The notes: generated by a model from the letters alone, not told the origin. Counted from the stretch's first letter, positions 1-10,237 are shown. The stretch: 64,000 bases of DNA from Verrucomicrobiota bacterium (GCA_039815375.1 JBCBZJ010000013.1:1-64000), one strand, 5' to 3'. Made by a program: numbers and translations.

Positions 1-272
1 CCATGAAGTAGAGATCTGCATCCTGAACCAGTGCACGAGCTAGGAAAACCCTTGGTTGTTGCCCGCCGGACAACTCACTGATCTGGCGGTCGGCAAAAGC
101 CGACATGCCCATTTTCTCCAACGTAAGCATCGAGAGAAAGCGCTGCTTGCGTTGGAGAAAATGGGCATGTCGGCTTTTGCCGACCGCCAGATCAGTGAGT
201 TGTCCGGCGGGCAACAACAAAGGGTTTTCCTAGCTCGTGCACTGGTTCAGGATGCAGATCTCTACTTCATGG
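1..272. repeat. Fold-back inverted duplication at window start (1-123 is the reverse complement of 150-272)
   Basis: Direct base comparison: one mismatch (54/219); the loop 124-149 is itself an imperfect hairpin. Confidence 0.95.
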
Positions 273-553
273 ACGAGCCTTTCGCTGGGATCGACGCAAT
301 TACTGAAAAGGCAATTGTAGCGATACTGAAGGAGCTTCGGGAGTCAGGAAAGACTGTGGTTTGTGTGCATCACGACCTGACAACAGTTAAAGAATATTTC
401 GACGAGGTCTTCCTCCTTAACTTGAGGAAGGTAGCTCACGGTCCGATCAATGAGGTTTTCACAGCGGAGAACCTGAATAAGACTTATGGCGGTAAGCTCT
501 CGCTGCTCGATGAAGTTGCCAGTTCAGTAGCGATTAATTTGGCGGACCGTTAG
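125..553 (+). CDS. Mn/Zn ABC transporter ATP-binding subunit (TroB/MntB-like), 5'-truncated
   Basis: [15 protein letters not shown] signature, YFMDEPF Walker B, VHHDL H-loop; Walker A is missing because the 5' part is replaced by the fold-back. Confidence 0.9.
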   Translation, partial: KHREKALLALEKMGMSAFADRQISELSGGQQQRVFLARALVQDADLYFMDEPFAGIDAITEKAIVAILKELRESGKTVVCVHHDLTTVKEYFDEVFLLNLRKVAHGPINEVFTAENLNKTYGGKLSLLDEVASSVAINLADR

Positions 554-570
554 ATCGGGCCCTGCGTGCC

Positions 571-2121
571 ATGGGGAATTTTTCGAAGTCATTTCCAAGT
601 GCTGTTCAATGCGTGTTCCTGCTCATGATCGGTTTGGTTTTCTCAGTATGTGTAGAAGCATCGGACCGTGACCGGATCCATGATGAAGGGCCCCCGAGGG
701 ATGAAGTACATGAGCGCCTTCATGACTCTTCGCACCAGCAAGGTAACAAGGTATGGAGTTGGCTTCCGCCTGGGGAGAAAGTTCAACGGGTGCTGAGCTT
801 CCGCGATCATAATACACGCGTTGTTTTCCTTGGGCTGGTGCTCCTTGGAGTTGTTTCAGGGATCACCGGCACCTTCCTACTACTGCGAAAGCGCTCGCTG
901 CTCAGCGATTCAGTCAGCCACGCTACACTTCCGGGTCTGGCGATTGCTTTTATTATTTTTGAGCTCGTTACTGGAAAAGGAAATTCTCTGCTTTGGCTCC
1001 TGCTTGGTGGAATTGTCTCTGGGCTGTTGGCGATGGCTTCTGTGATTTACCTGCCGATGGTCAGTAAGATCAAGAGTGATGCAGCACTCGCTCTTAGCCT
1101 CACCTTTTTTTACGGGATCGGTGTCGTCCTACTCTCGGTCATCCAACAAATTCCCACCGCCAATGCATCAGGGCTTGAGTATTTCATCTATGGAAATGCT
1201 GCGACTTTGACCACCGGGGACGTCCGCTTAATTGGGGCAGTTGCTGTGGTTTGTCTCTTGGTCTGCCTTTTTCTGTTCAAGGAGTTTTCGCTACTATGTT
1301 TCGATAGTGGTTACACGCGGACGCAGGGCTACTCCGCAATCGGGTTGGATGCTGGACTGATGAGTCTTATTGTCTTGGTCAGTGTTGTGGGGCTTCAGGC
1401 AGTCGGCTTACTCCTCATCATGGCCCTGCTGATTATTCCTGCCGTGGCTGCGAGGTTTTGGGCGAAACGCTTGTTTTCTGTTCTGCTGGTGAGCGGTTTG
1501 ATTGGTGGTTTGAGCTGTTTTCTCGGAGTGCTCCTCAGTAGTCTCTATCCGAGGCTGCCGACCGGTGCGATTATCGTTCTCACAGCAACCTCATTTTTCG
1601 TATTGAGCCAGTGCTTTGGTAGCTATCGGGGTTTAGCTCATCGCTGGCTCGAACGCCGAAAGACACAAAGACGGCTTTTAATGCAGCAGTTTCTCCGGCG
1701 AATCTTCGACGTGCAGGAAAAGCATTGCGCGAAATCACTTCATCTGGAGTCCGAGCAGAGCTGTTGCGAGAAAGCCGAGCCTCTGGACATCGCGTTCATA
1801 TTTGAGGGCCGCTCCTGGTCGCGTTCCCGGTTTGAACGCGTCGTGCGCCGCGCCGCCCGGGGAGGCTGGATTCGTCTGATCGAAGGCGGTATGCTGATGC
1901 TGACCGATGGAGGTATGCGATTGGCTCGACACTATGCCCGTCAGCACCGGCTCTGGGAAATTTATTTGATCCGTTATGCCGATGTGGCTCCATCGCAAGT
2001 GCACCACGATGTCGAACGAATCGAAGAAGTTGCTGCGCCGGAAATCGTCCGAGAGATCGAAAACCTCTTTGATTCGGAGCTAAAATGTCGCAACATGCCG
2101 GCTGAACCTCACGAAGTTTGA
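571..2121 (+). CDS. Mn/Zn/Fe ABC permease fused to a C-terminal DtxR/MntR-type metal-binding repressor domain
   Basis: SLLSDSVSHATLPG and GLQAVGLLLIMALLIIPA permease motifs; C-terminal LTDGG...RQHRLWEIYL...VHHDVERIE. Confidence 0.85.
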   Translation: MGNFSKSFPSAVQCVFLLMIGLVFSVCVEASDRDRIHDEGPPRDEVHERLHDSSHQQGNKVWSWLPPGEKVQRVLSFRDHNTRVVFLGLVLLGVVSGITGTFLLLRKRSLLSDSVSHATLPGLAIAFIIFELVTGKGNSLLWLLLGGIVSGLLAMASVIYLPMVSKIKSDAALALSLTFFYGIGVVLLSVIQQIPTANASGLEYFIYGNAATLTTGDVRLIGAVAVVCLLVCLFLFKEFSLLCFDSGYTRTQGYSAIGLDAGLMSLIVLVSVVGLQAVGLLLIMALLIIPAVAARFWAKRLFSVLLVSGLIGGLSCFLGVLLSSLYPRLPTGAIIVLTATSFFVLSQCFGSYRGLAHRWLERRKTQRRLLMQQFLRRIFDVQEKHCAKSLHLESEQSCCEKAEPLDIAFIFEGRSWSRSRFERVVRRAARGGWIRLIEGGMLMLTDGGMRLARHYARQHRLWEIYLIRYADVAPSQVHHDVERIEEVAAPEIVREIENLFDSELKCRNMPAEPHEV

Positions 2122-2131
2122 AGAATTCTGT

Positions 2132-3106
2132 ATGGAGTGGACTGGTATTGATACGTGGATTGTGATCACTGCCGCACTGGTAGCGATGGCTTGCGCGATT
2201 CCGGGTGTATTTCTCTTTTTGAGCAAGCAGAGTATGTTTGGTCATGGCGTAGTTCATTCGGTCCTTCCGGGCCTTGTGATTGCATTCCTCATCACCAGCT
2301 CGCGCGATCTGACTGCCGTTTTAATCGGAGCGATGATTGCTGCTATTCTAACGGCAGTCCTGACACAACTGGTTCACGAGACGGGAAAGGTTGAAGAGGG
2401 GGCGTCTCTGGGGGTGGTTTTCACCTCGATGTTTGCTCTCGGGATCTTGCTGATTCGAGCTACCGTGGATACGGTTCACATTGATCCGGATTGCGTGCTT
2501 TTCGGAATATTAGAGACCTCGGTAATTGATGCGGTTCTCTTTGACGAGATTCCGAAAGTTGCAATCAACTCGGCCATCATGCTCGTCGTGAATCTTCTAC
2601 TTGCTGCGCTGTTTATAAAGGAGCTGCGCATTGCGACCTTTGATCCGGCCCTTGCCAGTGCGATGGGCTTACGCCCGCGTTTAGTTAACTATGGAGTCAT
2701 GATCTCGACGGCAGTAACTGCTGTCCTCGCTTTTGAAAGTGTTGGTAGTATCCTCGTTATCGCCATGATGATTGCTCCGGCCGCCACAGCCTATCTCTTG
2801 ACCAGTCGTTTGCTTGGGATGCTTGTTTGTGCACTAGGTATTGCGGTGCTTACAGCCGTCTCCGGGCACCTTTTCAGCCTTTTCGTGCCCTCTGCAATTT
2901 TTCAGATTCTTCCTGGCGGCATCGAAGTGGACTCGACCAATATAGCTGGCGGCATGTCGGTGATGGCAGGGATCTTGTTTATTGCGGCTCTCTTATTTAG
3001 CCCAGGAAAAGGCATCATCTCCAAATACCGTGCCCAAAAAAAGCTCGGAGAATCCGAATCAAAACGGCGCGATCATAGTTCCCTTGCCGAGCCAGCCGAG
3101 GTTTGA
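2132..3106 (+). CDS. Mn/Zn ABC transporter permease (TroD/MntD-like)
   Basis: HSVLPG, VHIDPDCVLFG, AFESVGSILVIAMMIAPAATA; operon context. Confidence 0.9.
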   Translation: MEWTGIDTWIVITAALVAMACAIPGVFLFLSKQSMFGHGVVHSVLPGLVIAFLITSSRDLTAVLIGAMIAAILTAVLTQLVHETGKVEEGASLGVVFTSMFALGILLIRATVDTVHIDPDCVLFGILETSVIDAVLFDEIPKVAINSAIMLVVNLLLAALFIKELRIATFDPALASAMGLRPRLVNYGVMISTAVTAVLAFESVGSILVIAMMIAPAATAYLLTSRLLGMLVCALGIAVLTAVSGHLFSLFVPSAIFQILPGGIEVDSTNIAGGMSVMAGILFIAALLFSPGKGIISKYRAQKKLGESESKRRDHSSLAEPAEV

Positions 3107-3139
3107 TCTGTAGACTAGATGATGAGCGTTCGAGTGCCC

Positions 3140-3667
3140 TTACTCGAAACGTTTCTTATGCTCTCGTGAGACGGTGACGTATTTGTCCGCCATACCCTTA
3201 AGTCCTGCAATCTCTTCATCTGTAAGCGAGCGGACAACTTTGGCGGGGCTGCCAAGGACAAGTGAACGTTCAGGAATTTGAGTGCCCTTGGTCACGAGAG
3301 CTCCGGCACCCACGATCGACTGAGCCCCGATGACTGCTCCGTCCAGAATCGTCGCCTGCATTCCGATCAGGCATTCGTCGTGGATCTCGCAGGCATGGAT
3401 CATAGCTGCATGGCCGATAGTGACAGATTTGCCAACTTTTACGCCATAGTCGTCGGCAAGGTGGACAATCGCGCCATCCTGAATGTTAGACTCTTCGCCG
3501 ATTTCGATAGTGTTGATGTCGGCCCGTAGCACGCAATTGTGCCAGACACTTGAATTTTTGGCTAGAGTGACCGCCCCAATGACAACCGCACCACGGGCAA
3601 CGTATGCGGATGAATCGATCTGAGGAGCTTGGTCCAGATATTTGGCAAGCCGTTCTCCAGTCGTCAT
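3140..3667 (-). CDS. Gamma carbonic anhydrase family (hexapeptide repeat) protein
   Basis: VLRADIN, SNIQDGAIVH, TIGHAAMIHAC, GSPAKVVR motifs. Confidence 0.9.
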   Translation of the reverse strand: MTTGERLAKYLDQAPQIDSSAYVARGAVVIGAVTLAKNSSVWHNCVLRADINTIEIGEESNIQDGAIVHLADDYGVKVGKSVTIGHAAMIHACEIHDECLIGMQATILDGAVIGAQSIVGAGALVTKGTQIPERSLVLGSPAKVVRSLTDEEIAGLKGMADKYVTVSREHKKRFE

Positions 3668-3676
3668 ACGCTCGGA

Positions 3677-4258
3677 CTATACCTTTTCGACAACGCCGTC
3701 GGCCAGACCATATTCGATGGCCTCACTCGCAGTCATATAAAAGTCGCGGTCGGTGTCTTTCTGGATCTTTTCGAGTGGCTGACCGGAACTCTCCGCAAGG
3801 ATGGCGTTGAGCTCGTCGCGCAGACGCTCCATTTCCTTGGCCTGGATGTGGATATCGACTGCAACGGCAACCATTTGGCCAGAGATAAGTGGCTGGTGAA
3901 TCAACACGCGGGAGTGAGGGTAGAGCAGTCGTTTGCCCTTGTCTGCACCACAGAGGAGGATTGAGCCCATACTTGCTGCCATGCCTGTTACGACAACCGT
4001 AATCGGGGAGCTGATAAGCTTCATTGTGTCGTAAATTGCCATTCCGGCTGTGATGGAGCCACCGGGTGTGTTGATGTAAAAAGTAATTTCTTCTCCGGGG
4101 CCTTCTGCCTCCAGATAGAGCAGCTTCTCGGTGACATCGCGGGCGGACTTGTCACTTACTTCGCCCCAAAGAAATACTTTTCGGGCTTTTAGGAAAGTTT
4201 CCTGAATCTTAATGGGATTTTCTTTTTCTTCTTTTGGCTTATCTTCGCTGGACATCAT
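3677..4258 (-). CDS. clpP: ATP-dependent Clp protease proteolytic subunit
   Basis: YINTPGGSITAG, GMAASMG (catalytic Ser), IHQP (His), DTDRDFYM. Confidence 0.95.
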   Translation of the reverse strand: MMSSEDKPKEEKENPIKIQETFLKARKVFLWGEVSDKSARDVTEKLLYLEAEGPGEEITFYINTPGGSITAGMAIYDTMKLISSPITVVVTGMAASMGSILLCGADKGKRLLYPHSRVLIHQPLISGQMVAVAVDIHIQAKEMERLRDELNAILAESSGQPLEKIQKDTDRDFYMTASEAIEYGLADGVVEKV

Positions 4259-4332
4259 TTTACTTGTTAAATGTTTGTGGCATTGAGCAGAGCACAGCTT
4301 GCTGATCTTTCAAGCCGCGACTGCAGGATGGT

Positions 4333-4776
4333 TTAAGCTTCGATCTTGTCGATTCGGCGCTGATGGCGGCCGCCTTCGAATTCGGCGTCGAGCCATGCGG
4401 CAACGATTTTAACTGAGAGTTCTGCAGGCACGGGTCGCGCGCCGATTGAAATACAGTTGGCGTTGTTGTGCTGTTTGGTGAGCTTCGCAGACCATTCGTC
4501 CCAGCAGAGGCCGCAGCGCACCCCTTTGACCTTGTTGGCCACGATGGCTTCGCCGTTGCCCGAGCCTCCGAGGACAATGCCGCAGTCGGCCTGGCCATTT
4601 GCCACGGCTTCGGCAGCAGGGCGGATGAAATCGGGATAATCGCAGGATTCATCGGAATAGCAGCCGCAGTCGATGACCGTGTGGCCACGGCTTTCGAGCA
4701 GCTCGATAATGGGCGCTTTAAGCGGGAAGCCCGCGTGGTCGGTGCCGATGGAGACGGTGAGTGTTTGATTCGTCAT
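4333..4776 (-). CDS. rpiB: Ribose-5-phosphate isomerase B
   Basis: GTDHAG, DYPDF, GGSGNGE, HNNAN, FEGGRHQRRI. Confidence 0.95.
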   Translation of the reverse strand: MTNQTLTVSIGTDHAGFPLKAPIIELLESRGHTVIDCGCYSDESCDYPDFIRPAAEAVANGQADCGIVLGGSGNGEAIVANKVKGVRCGLCWDEWSAKLTKQHNNANCISIGARPVPAELSVKIVAAWLDAEFEGGRHQRRIDKIEA

Positions 4777-4832
4777 TTCGTGATTTGATTCAAAGCGGTT
4801 CCTCGGATGTGGAGCAACACTTCAATCGTGAT

Positions 4833-6041
4833 TTATAGGGCAAGTCGTTCGTGTTTGCGGACGAGTTCGAACAGGATGATTGCTGCAGCGATGAGAGTCA
4901 TGCCGATAAATGCAACTACGGATGGGCTGGACTGGCTCAAAATCCAGTATCCAAGGAAGGGGGCCAGCGTGCCACGAAGCCCGGTTAAGGCCATGTGGAT
5001 GCTCATATAGGAAGAAGCTTTTTCCTCAGATGCGATCTTGGTTACCCAAAGGCTCCAGAAAATCTTGCCGCCTCCCATGGCGAGCCCTTGAAAGGCCATC
5101 GCGATCCCAAGGACGAATAAGTTCTTTGTGAAAAAGAACAGGCCTATACTCAGAAGGAAGAAAATATTGAGCAGGTTTCGAGTCGTAACGAAGTGCAGGC
5201 GGTCAAAGAAATGGCCCCACATTTTTGTGCTCAAAATCCGCGCAACAGATGGAACGACCATCATGAGAATCGCTATGGTCGTGTTGTTGGCATTGATGCC
5301 GTAAGCAGGATCGGCGAGATAGTCGACGCGGACGGGTAGGGCGATCAAGTTTCCGAGGCCCAGCAGCATCCAACTGCCAAGCAAATAGCCGAAGAAGCCA
5401 TCTTTCCAGATTAAGCTAAAATTTTGCCACGGATTTCCCACATGCTCGCACGAAAGTGGGTTGCTGGGCATTTGTGCGCAAATCGATGCCGACGCAAAGG
5501 ATGCGACCATCATAATGATGAAGATCCAGTGATAGGTTTCGATCCGCCAATCGAGTAATTTCCCGCCGAGAATGGCGAAGGCGATGGAGAAGACCCCTGA
5601 CAGAATGAATGGCATAGTCATTCGGCTGCCACGCTCCTTTGCGCTATAATTCTCAGTATAAATCTGCAAAACAAGTGGGCCCTGCTGCACCGCTGCCATC
5701 TGGCTCGTCACTGCAAAAAAAGTGAAAACGACGAGTGTGCTGGCCCAACTGGCTCCCAGGAGGAGAATTCCGGCAAAGCTGAAAACGAATGTACAAGCGA
5801 TACTGGGCCGCGCTTTTAAGGTGGCGGCGATAAAAAGAGTCAATGGTGTCAGGAGGAAGCCGATCGGCCCTGCCCCGGCGATGAAGGCCTTGGCGGTTTC
5901 TTCCGCATGAAAATAGCGAATCGCAATGACCAGTGCAAAGGTCGTCCAGCCGGCTTCAAGAATGCCATAGAACGGGGAGCGGAGTAGATCGTTGCGATAC
6001 GTGGCAGTCGCCTTATTTGTATGCACGGCTACTTGCTCCAC
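4833..6041 (-). CDS. MFS transporter
   Basis: 402 aa with about 12 hydrophobic segments; MFS-like loops (ENYSAKERGSR, WGHFFDR). Confidence 0.75.
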   Translation of the reverse strand: MEQVAVHTNKATATYRNDLLRSPFYGILEAGWTTFALVIAIRYFHAEETAKAFIAGAGPIGFLLTPLTLFIAATLKARPSIACTFVFSFAGILLLGASWASTLVVFTFFAVTSQMAAVQQGPLVLQIYTENYSAKERGSRMTMPFILSGVFSIAFAILGGKLLDWRIETYHWIFIIMMVASFASASICAQMPSNPLSCEHVGNPWQNFSLIWKDGFFGYLLGSWMLLGLGNLIALPVRVDYLADPAYGINANNTTIAILMMVVPSVARILSTKMWGHFFDRLHFVTTRNLLNIFFLLSIGLFFFTKNLFVLGIAMAFQGLAMGGGKIFWSLWVTKIASEEKASSYMSIHMALTGLRGTLAPFLGYWILSQSSPSVVAFIGMTLIAAAIILFELVRKHERLAL

Positions 6042-7015
6042 TCAAGCATGCGCTTGATCGGCCCATAGGCCTTTTCGCGGACTTCTTCCGGCATCTCGAT
6101 CTGTGGCGATACCGTCTTTAAGCAATCGCGCAGCTTCTCGATCGTATTCATCTTCATGAAACGGCAATCGTTGCAGGCACAGGTATCGGTCGGCCCGGCA
6201 ATAAATGTCTTATCCGGCACTTCACGTTGAAGGCGATGAATCATACCCGTCTCGGTAACGACGATAAACTCCTTGGCGTCTGAATCACGACAGAAACCAA
6301 TCATCTTTTCAGTGCTGCAGACTTCATCGGCATTGTCGCGAACCGTTTCAACGCATTCAGGGTGAGCTACGACAAGTGCATGGGGGAACTCCAGTTTTAG
6401 GCGTTCGATTGCTTGTTGAGTAAACAATACGTGCGCGTAACACGATCCTGGCCAGAGTTGCATCGGACGGCCGGTTTGTTTTGAGACCCATTGCCCGAGA
6501 TTTTGATCGGGAACGAAAAGGATGTCACGGTCTGCCGGTACCTGCTCGACGATCTTCATGGCGTTGCCGCTTGTGCAAATAACATCGGAAAGCGCTTTCA
6601 CGGCCGCCGAGCAGTTGATGTAGGCGACAACGTAGACGTTTGGGTTGGCTTCCTTGTAGGCTGCCAGTTTATCAGCCGGGCAGGAGTCCGAAAGCGAGCA
6701 CCCAGCTTCCATTTCAGGCAATAGCACTGGCTTGTGAGGATTCACGATTTTTGCCGTTTCAGCCATGAAATGGACGCCGCAAAAAACAATGCAGTCTGCG
6801 TCGGCCTCTTCTGCGCGATAGGCCAGCCCGAGCGAGTCGCCCACGTAATCGGCGACATCCTGAATCGCTTCGATTTGGTAGTTGTGAGCGAGAATGACGG
6901 CGTTGCGCTCTTTCTTCAAAGCAAGAATCTCCTCCTGCACGGGCGTAAGCGGTGCCCTGCCTTTGCCTCGTGGCGTAAAGACCATGGGTTCGTAGTTTAG
7001 CGTGGGTGCTGCCAT
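6029..7015 (-). CDS. nadA: Quinolinate synthase
   Basis: ILAHNYQ, VGDSLGL, FCGVHFMAETAK, AGCSL, YINCSA, AHPEC; start placed at ATG 7015. Confidence 0.95.
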   Translation of the reverse strand: MAAPTLNYEPMVFTPRGKGRAPLTPVQEEILALKKERNAVILAHNYQIEAIQDVADYVGDSLGLAYRAEEADADCIVFCGVHFMAETAKIVNPHKPVLLPEMEAGCSLSDSCPADKLAAYKEANPNVYVVAYINCSAAVKALSDVICTSGNAMKIVEQVPADRDILFVPDQNLGQWVSKQTGRPMQLWPGSCYAHVLFTQQAIERLKLEFPHALVVAHPECVETVRDNADEVCSTEKMIGFCRDSDAKEFIVVTETGMIHRLQREVPDKTFIAGPTDTCACNDCRFMKMNTIEKLRDCLKTVSPQIEMPEEVREKAYGPIKRMLEWSK

Positions 7016-7178
7016 GTTTGATATCAATTGAATCTCGGAAGCTCGGCGAGCCTGAGGCCAAAGTCAAGCGATGGAGTGGTCACGATAGAAATGGTGCGTG
7101 CTTGCTACAACAATAACACTTAAATTTAATCTTAGATACTTCTTTACTTCGGAAAAAGATTCTGGATTTTTAGAAAAC

Positions 7179-7215
7179 AAAAAAGGACCTAGGCACGCTA
7201 CGTGCGCTAGGTCCT
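7179..7215 (-). terminator. Intrinsic terminator downstream of the PEP-CTERM gene
   Basis: AGGACCTAG-GCACG / CGTGC-G-CTAGGTCCT stem with an adjacent A-run (U-run on the minus strand). Confidence 0.65.
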
Positions 7216-7358
7216 GATAATGAGAAGTTAGACTGAATTCGTTAGAATGCTATCGAATAAGACTGGGATTTCAGACAAGTTCGATCCTAATAAAGGGATG
7301 TGATATTACCATAGTCTCGTTGCTTATAGCAGGGGAGCCTTAAGCTTTCTTGTAGACA

Positions 7359-8099
7359 TTATGCTCTTTTACGGCGGAGCAGAATCGAGACTATTCCACA
7401 CAAGCCAAGGAGGAGAGCAAAACTGCTGGGCTCGGGGACGACTGCTAGGGCAAAATCATTAGAACCATCAAAGTGAATACCAACAAAATTGTTTGCTAAG
7501 CCTAATGTAGATGCTGGGGTCCCGATTGTCCCGGTTGCACCAGTATTCATATTTATAAAGCTTACTGCATCGTTACTATCAATGATATATCCGATATCAT
7601 CGTCAGTAAAGTGATGGCCAATCAGACTACCACTAAATTCTGTTCCGTTTTGCGTGCCACTGGTTCCAAGTGTTTGAAATCCGGCTACTAGGTCAGCATT
7701 TCCTGAATTTACAGAAAGCACACCAACGTTCCCTGCTCCATCATCGAAATAAGCAAAGTCGGATCCATTAAAGAAGTGGCCATACAAACTGCTGCTAAGG
7801 TCAACGCCTGAATTGTTACCCGTGCTTGCAGTCGCAGATCCTATGATAAAAGCTAGGTCCAAGTTTATGTTGAAAGCATAGAGACTTCCAGAGTTTGAGA
7901 AGTAAGCGACATCAGTTGTTCCGTCTCGGAAGTATCCGTAAATACTGCCTGCAATATCAGTGCCTACAAGCGTAGTGCCGTTATCGATTATTGTATCACC
8001 AATGTCTGCTGAGGTGGCATTAGTGAGGTCTACACGTGTGAGGATCGCTGCATTCGCAGAGCATGCCAAAGCGAGGGTAGTTATAATTATTCGTATCAT
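7359..8099 (-). CDS. PEP-CTERM sorting-domain surface protein with internal repeats
   Basis: Signal peptide; C-terminal VPEPSS + TM helix + RRKRA. Confidence 0.9.
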   Translation of the reverse strand: MIRIIITTLALACSANAAILTRVDLTNATSADIGDTIIDNGTTLVGTDIAGSIYGYFRDGTTDVAYFSNSGSLYAFNINLDLAFIIGSATASTGNNSGVDLSSSLYGHFFNGSDFAYFDDGAGNVGVLSVNSGNADLVAGFQTLGTSGTQNGTEFSGSLIGHHFTDDDIGYIIDSNDAVSFINMNTGATGTIGTPASTLGLANNFVGIHFDGSNDFALAVVPEPSSFALLLGLCGIVSILLRRKRA

Positions 8100-8329
8100 A
8101 GTTTTGCCTAAGTTATTTTATTTATACCGAATCAAGCGTTAGGTTCTTACGAATTGCGTTTTTTCAACAGGTAAATACGTTTAAACCTAACCGTGTAGAT
8201 GTTTATAACATTTTTACGTTTCTGAGTTCTTCGTTTTAAGACTTCAAATTTATGGAAGAACACACCATTATTTTACAATCGTTAAGCCTTTTGCTTTTGC
8301 AATTACGTCATTAAATGCGAAGTTCCCTG

Positions 8330-8791
8330 ATGACGACAAATACGACAAGCGAAACAAATCCAGTTGTTAAGTCACTGCGTCAGGTTGTTGCTGATACATA
8401 TGCGGTAATTGGCCAGACACATATTTGCCATTGGAATGTGAGAGGGCCTAACTTCTTTTCTCTTCACACAGCCTTTGAGGCACAATACACGGAATTATTT
8501 ACTGCAGTCGATGAGATAGCAGAGCGTATCCGGGCACTTGGTGCCTTTGCTCCGGGTGGTCTAGGTAATCTTGCTGCAATGGCGGGTATTCGAGAAATAG
8601 AAGAAGACTCAAGCGCTGTGGATATGGTTTCACATTTGGTCCAGACCAACAAAAAGCTCGTCGCTAATTTAGAAAAAACTCGCGATGCGGCTGACGCATC
8701 GGGTGATGCCGAAACTGAGGATTTAATGATCGCTCGGATTCAAGTGCACGAAAAGACGATCTGGATGCTCGAGAGCTTTTTGGCTGCCTAG
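8330..8791 (+). CDS. dps: DNA starvation/stationary phase protection protein (Dps)
   Basis: HWNVRGPNFFSLH, DEIAERIRALG, HEKTIWML. Confidence 0.95.
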   Translation: MTTNTTSETNPVVKSLRQVVADTYAVIGQTHICHWNVRGPNFFSLHTAFEAQYTELFTAVDEIAERIRALGAFAPGGLGNLAAMAGIREIEEDSSAVDMVSHLVQTNKKLVANLEKTRDAADASGDAETEDLMIARIQVHEKTIWMLESFLAA

Positions 8792-8803
8792 GAAACTTTC
8801 AAA

Positions 8804-10237
8804 ATGAGAACCTCAGCTCCAGCACATCGCCCTTTGGTCGCGGTTGCCGGGGCGAGCGGATTCGTAGGTTCGCATTTAATAGCTCATCTTAAACGGGCTT
8901 ACCGATTTCGGGCTCTGAGCCGAAGCGCGAGTGTGGTCGAGCAAAAGGCAGGTATAGAAGGCACCGAGTGGAGAGGCTGCGATCTATATTCACTCCCTCG
9001 TGTGACTGAAGCGCTTGAGGGATGCGAATATGGAATTTATCTGGTTCATTCGATGGCACCGTCCAGCCGTTTAATGCAGGGTAATTTCGCAGATACCGAT
9101 TTGTTGCTTGCGGATAACTTCATCCGGGCAGCTGAATCTGCTGGCCTCAAGCATGTGGTTTACCTCAGCGGATTAATGCCGGAAGAAGGCAAGTCGCTGT
9201 CCCCACATTTGCACAGTCGCATGGAAGTCGAGGAGGTTTTGAGGCACCGTAGCGTCTGTGTCACAGTCTTACGCGCTGGACTGATCTTCGGGCCCGGTGG
9301 TTCGTCTTTTTCCCTATTGATCAACTTGGTCAGGCGATTGCCCATCATGTTGTTGCCAGCGTGGGTGCGTTCGCGGACGCACTCTGTAGACATCGAGAAC
9401 ATCTGTCAGGCAGTCGAGTGTTGCCTTGTTGACAAGAATTTTGCCGGCGGCACTTACGACATGGGTGGGCACGAGCCCATGACCTACCGGGATATGATCT
9501 TTCGCACCGGTGCACTTTTGGGTAAACCGCGTCGCTTTATCGATTTCCCTTTCAATTGTTTCATGCTATCAAAACACTGGGTTTCGCTTTTGGGTGGCGT
9601 GGCGCCAGCATTAGTCGGACCTTTGCAGGAAAGTCTGCAGCATGATTTGGAAGCGCGGCCCAATGCTCTGCTTGATCAACTTAAGCCTGACCTGATTTCG
9701 TTCGAAAAATCCTTTGAGAAGAGTGTTGATGCGACCGGCAACCCGAAGCCGAATCCGCGCGTCAGCACGCAGGCTGCCGACCGGATGCATATTCGTAAAG
9801 CCCGGCGCGTCCGTTCTGTTCAGCGCATGCCTTCTCCGGAAGATTGGACCGCTCAACAAGTGGCGCAGGAATACGGATCGTGGTTGAGTCGTCGTTTCAA
9901 AGGTTTGATCACTGCGGTGACGGACGATCAAGGCGTTGTGCGCTTCATGGCTCTGAGGAAACGACTTTGCCTTCTCGAGATGAATCCCACGCCTCACTCG
10001 CAGGGTAACGAGCGCCGCTGCGCATTCTATATAACCGGTGGTTTATTATCGAGGCGTGTCGATCCGCCGGGGCGGCTGGAATTCCGAATCTTTCCTGAGC
10101 TCAGGTGCCTGATTGCATCAATTCACGGTTTCGCGCCAACGCTCCCTTGGTGGGTTTACGCAAACACCCAGGCTCGGATACATCTACGCGTGATGCGTGC
10201 CTTTGCGAAGCACCTGGGTACGATTACTTCAAAATAA
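8804..10237 (+). CDS. NAD(P)-binding Rossmann (SDR/epimerase-like) protein with a C-terminal extra domain
   Basis: AGASGFVG, YLVHSM, HLHSRMEVE, VLRAGLIFGPGGSSF. Confidence 0.8.
   Translation: MRTSAPAHRPLVAVAGASGFVGSHLIAHLKRAYRFRALSRSASVVEQKAGIEGTEWRGCDLYSLPRVTEALEGCEYGIYLVHSMAPSSRLMQGNFADTDLLLADNFIRAAESAGLKHVVYLSGLMPEEGKSLSPHLHSRMEVEEVLRHRSVCVTVLRAGLIFGPGGSSFSLLINLVRRLPIMLLPAWVRSRTHSVDIENICQAVECCLVDKNFAGGTYDMGGHEPMTYRDMIFRTGALLGKPRRFIDFPFNCFMLSKHWVSLLGGVAPALVGPLQESLQHDLEARPNALLDQLKPDLISFEKSFEKSVDATGNPKPNPRVSTQAADRMHIRKARRVRSVQRMPSPEDWTAQQVAQEYGSWLSRRFKGLITAVTDDQGVVRFMALRKRLCLLEMNPTPHSQGNERRCAFYITGGLLSRRVDPPGRLEFRIFPELRCLIASIHGFAPTLPWWVYANTQARIHLRVMRAFAKHLGTITSK

Noticed and set aside
56..124. 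N-terminus of the 56..553 ORF (MLPAGQLTD...)
   Set aside because: It is the antisense translation of the fold-back copy, not real protein sequence
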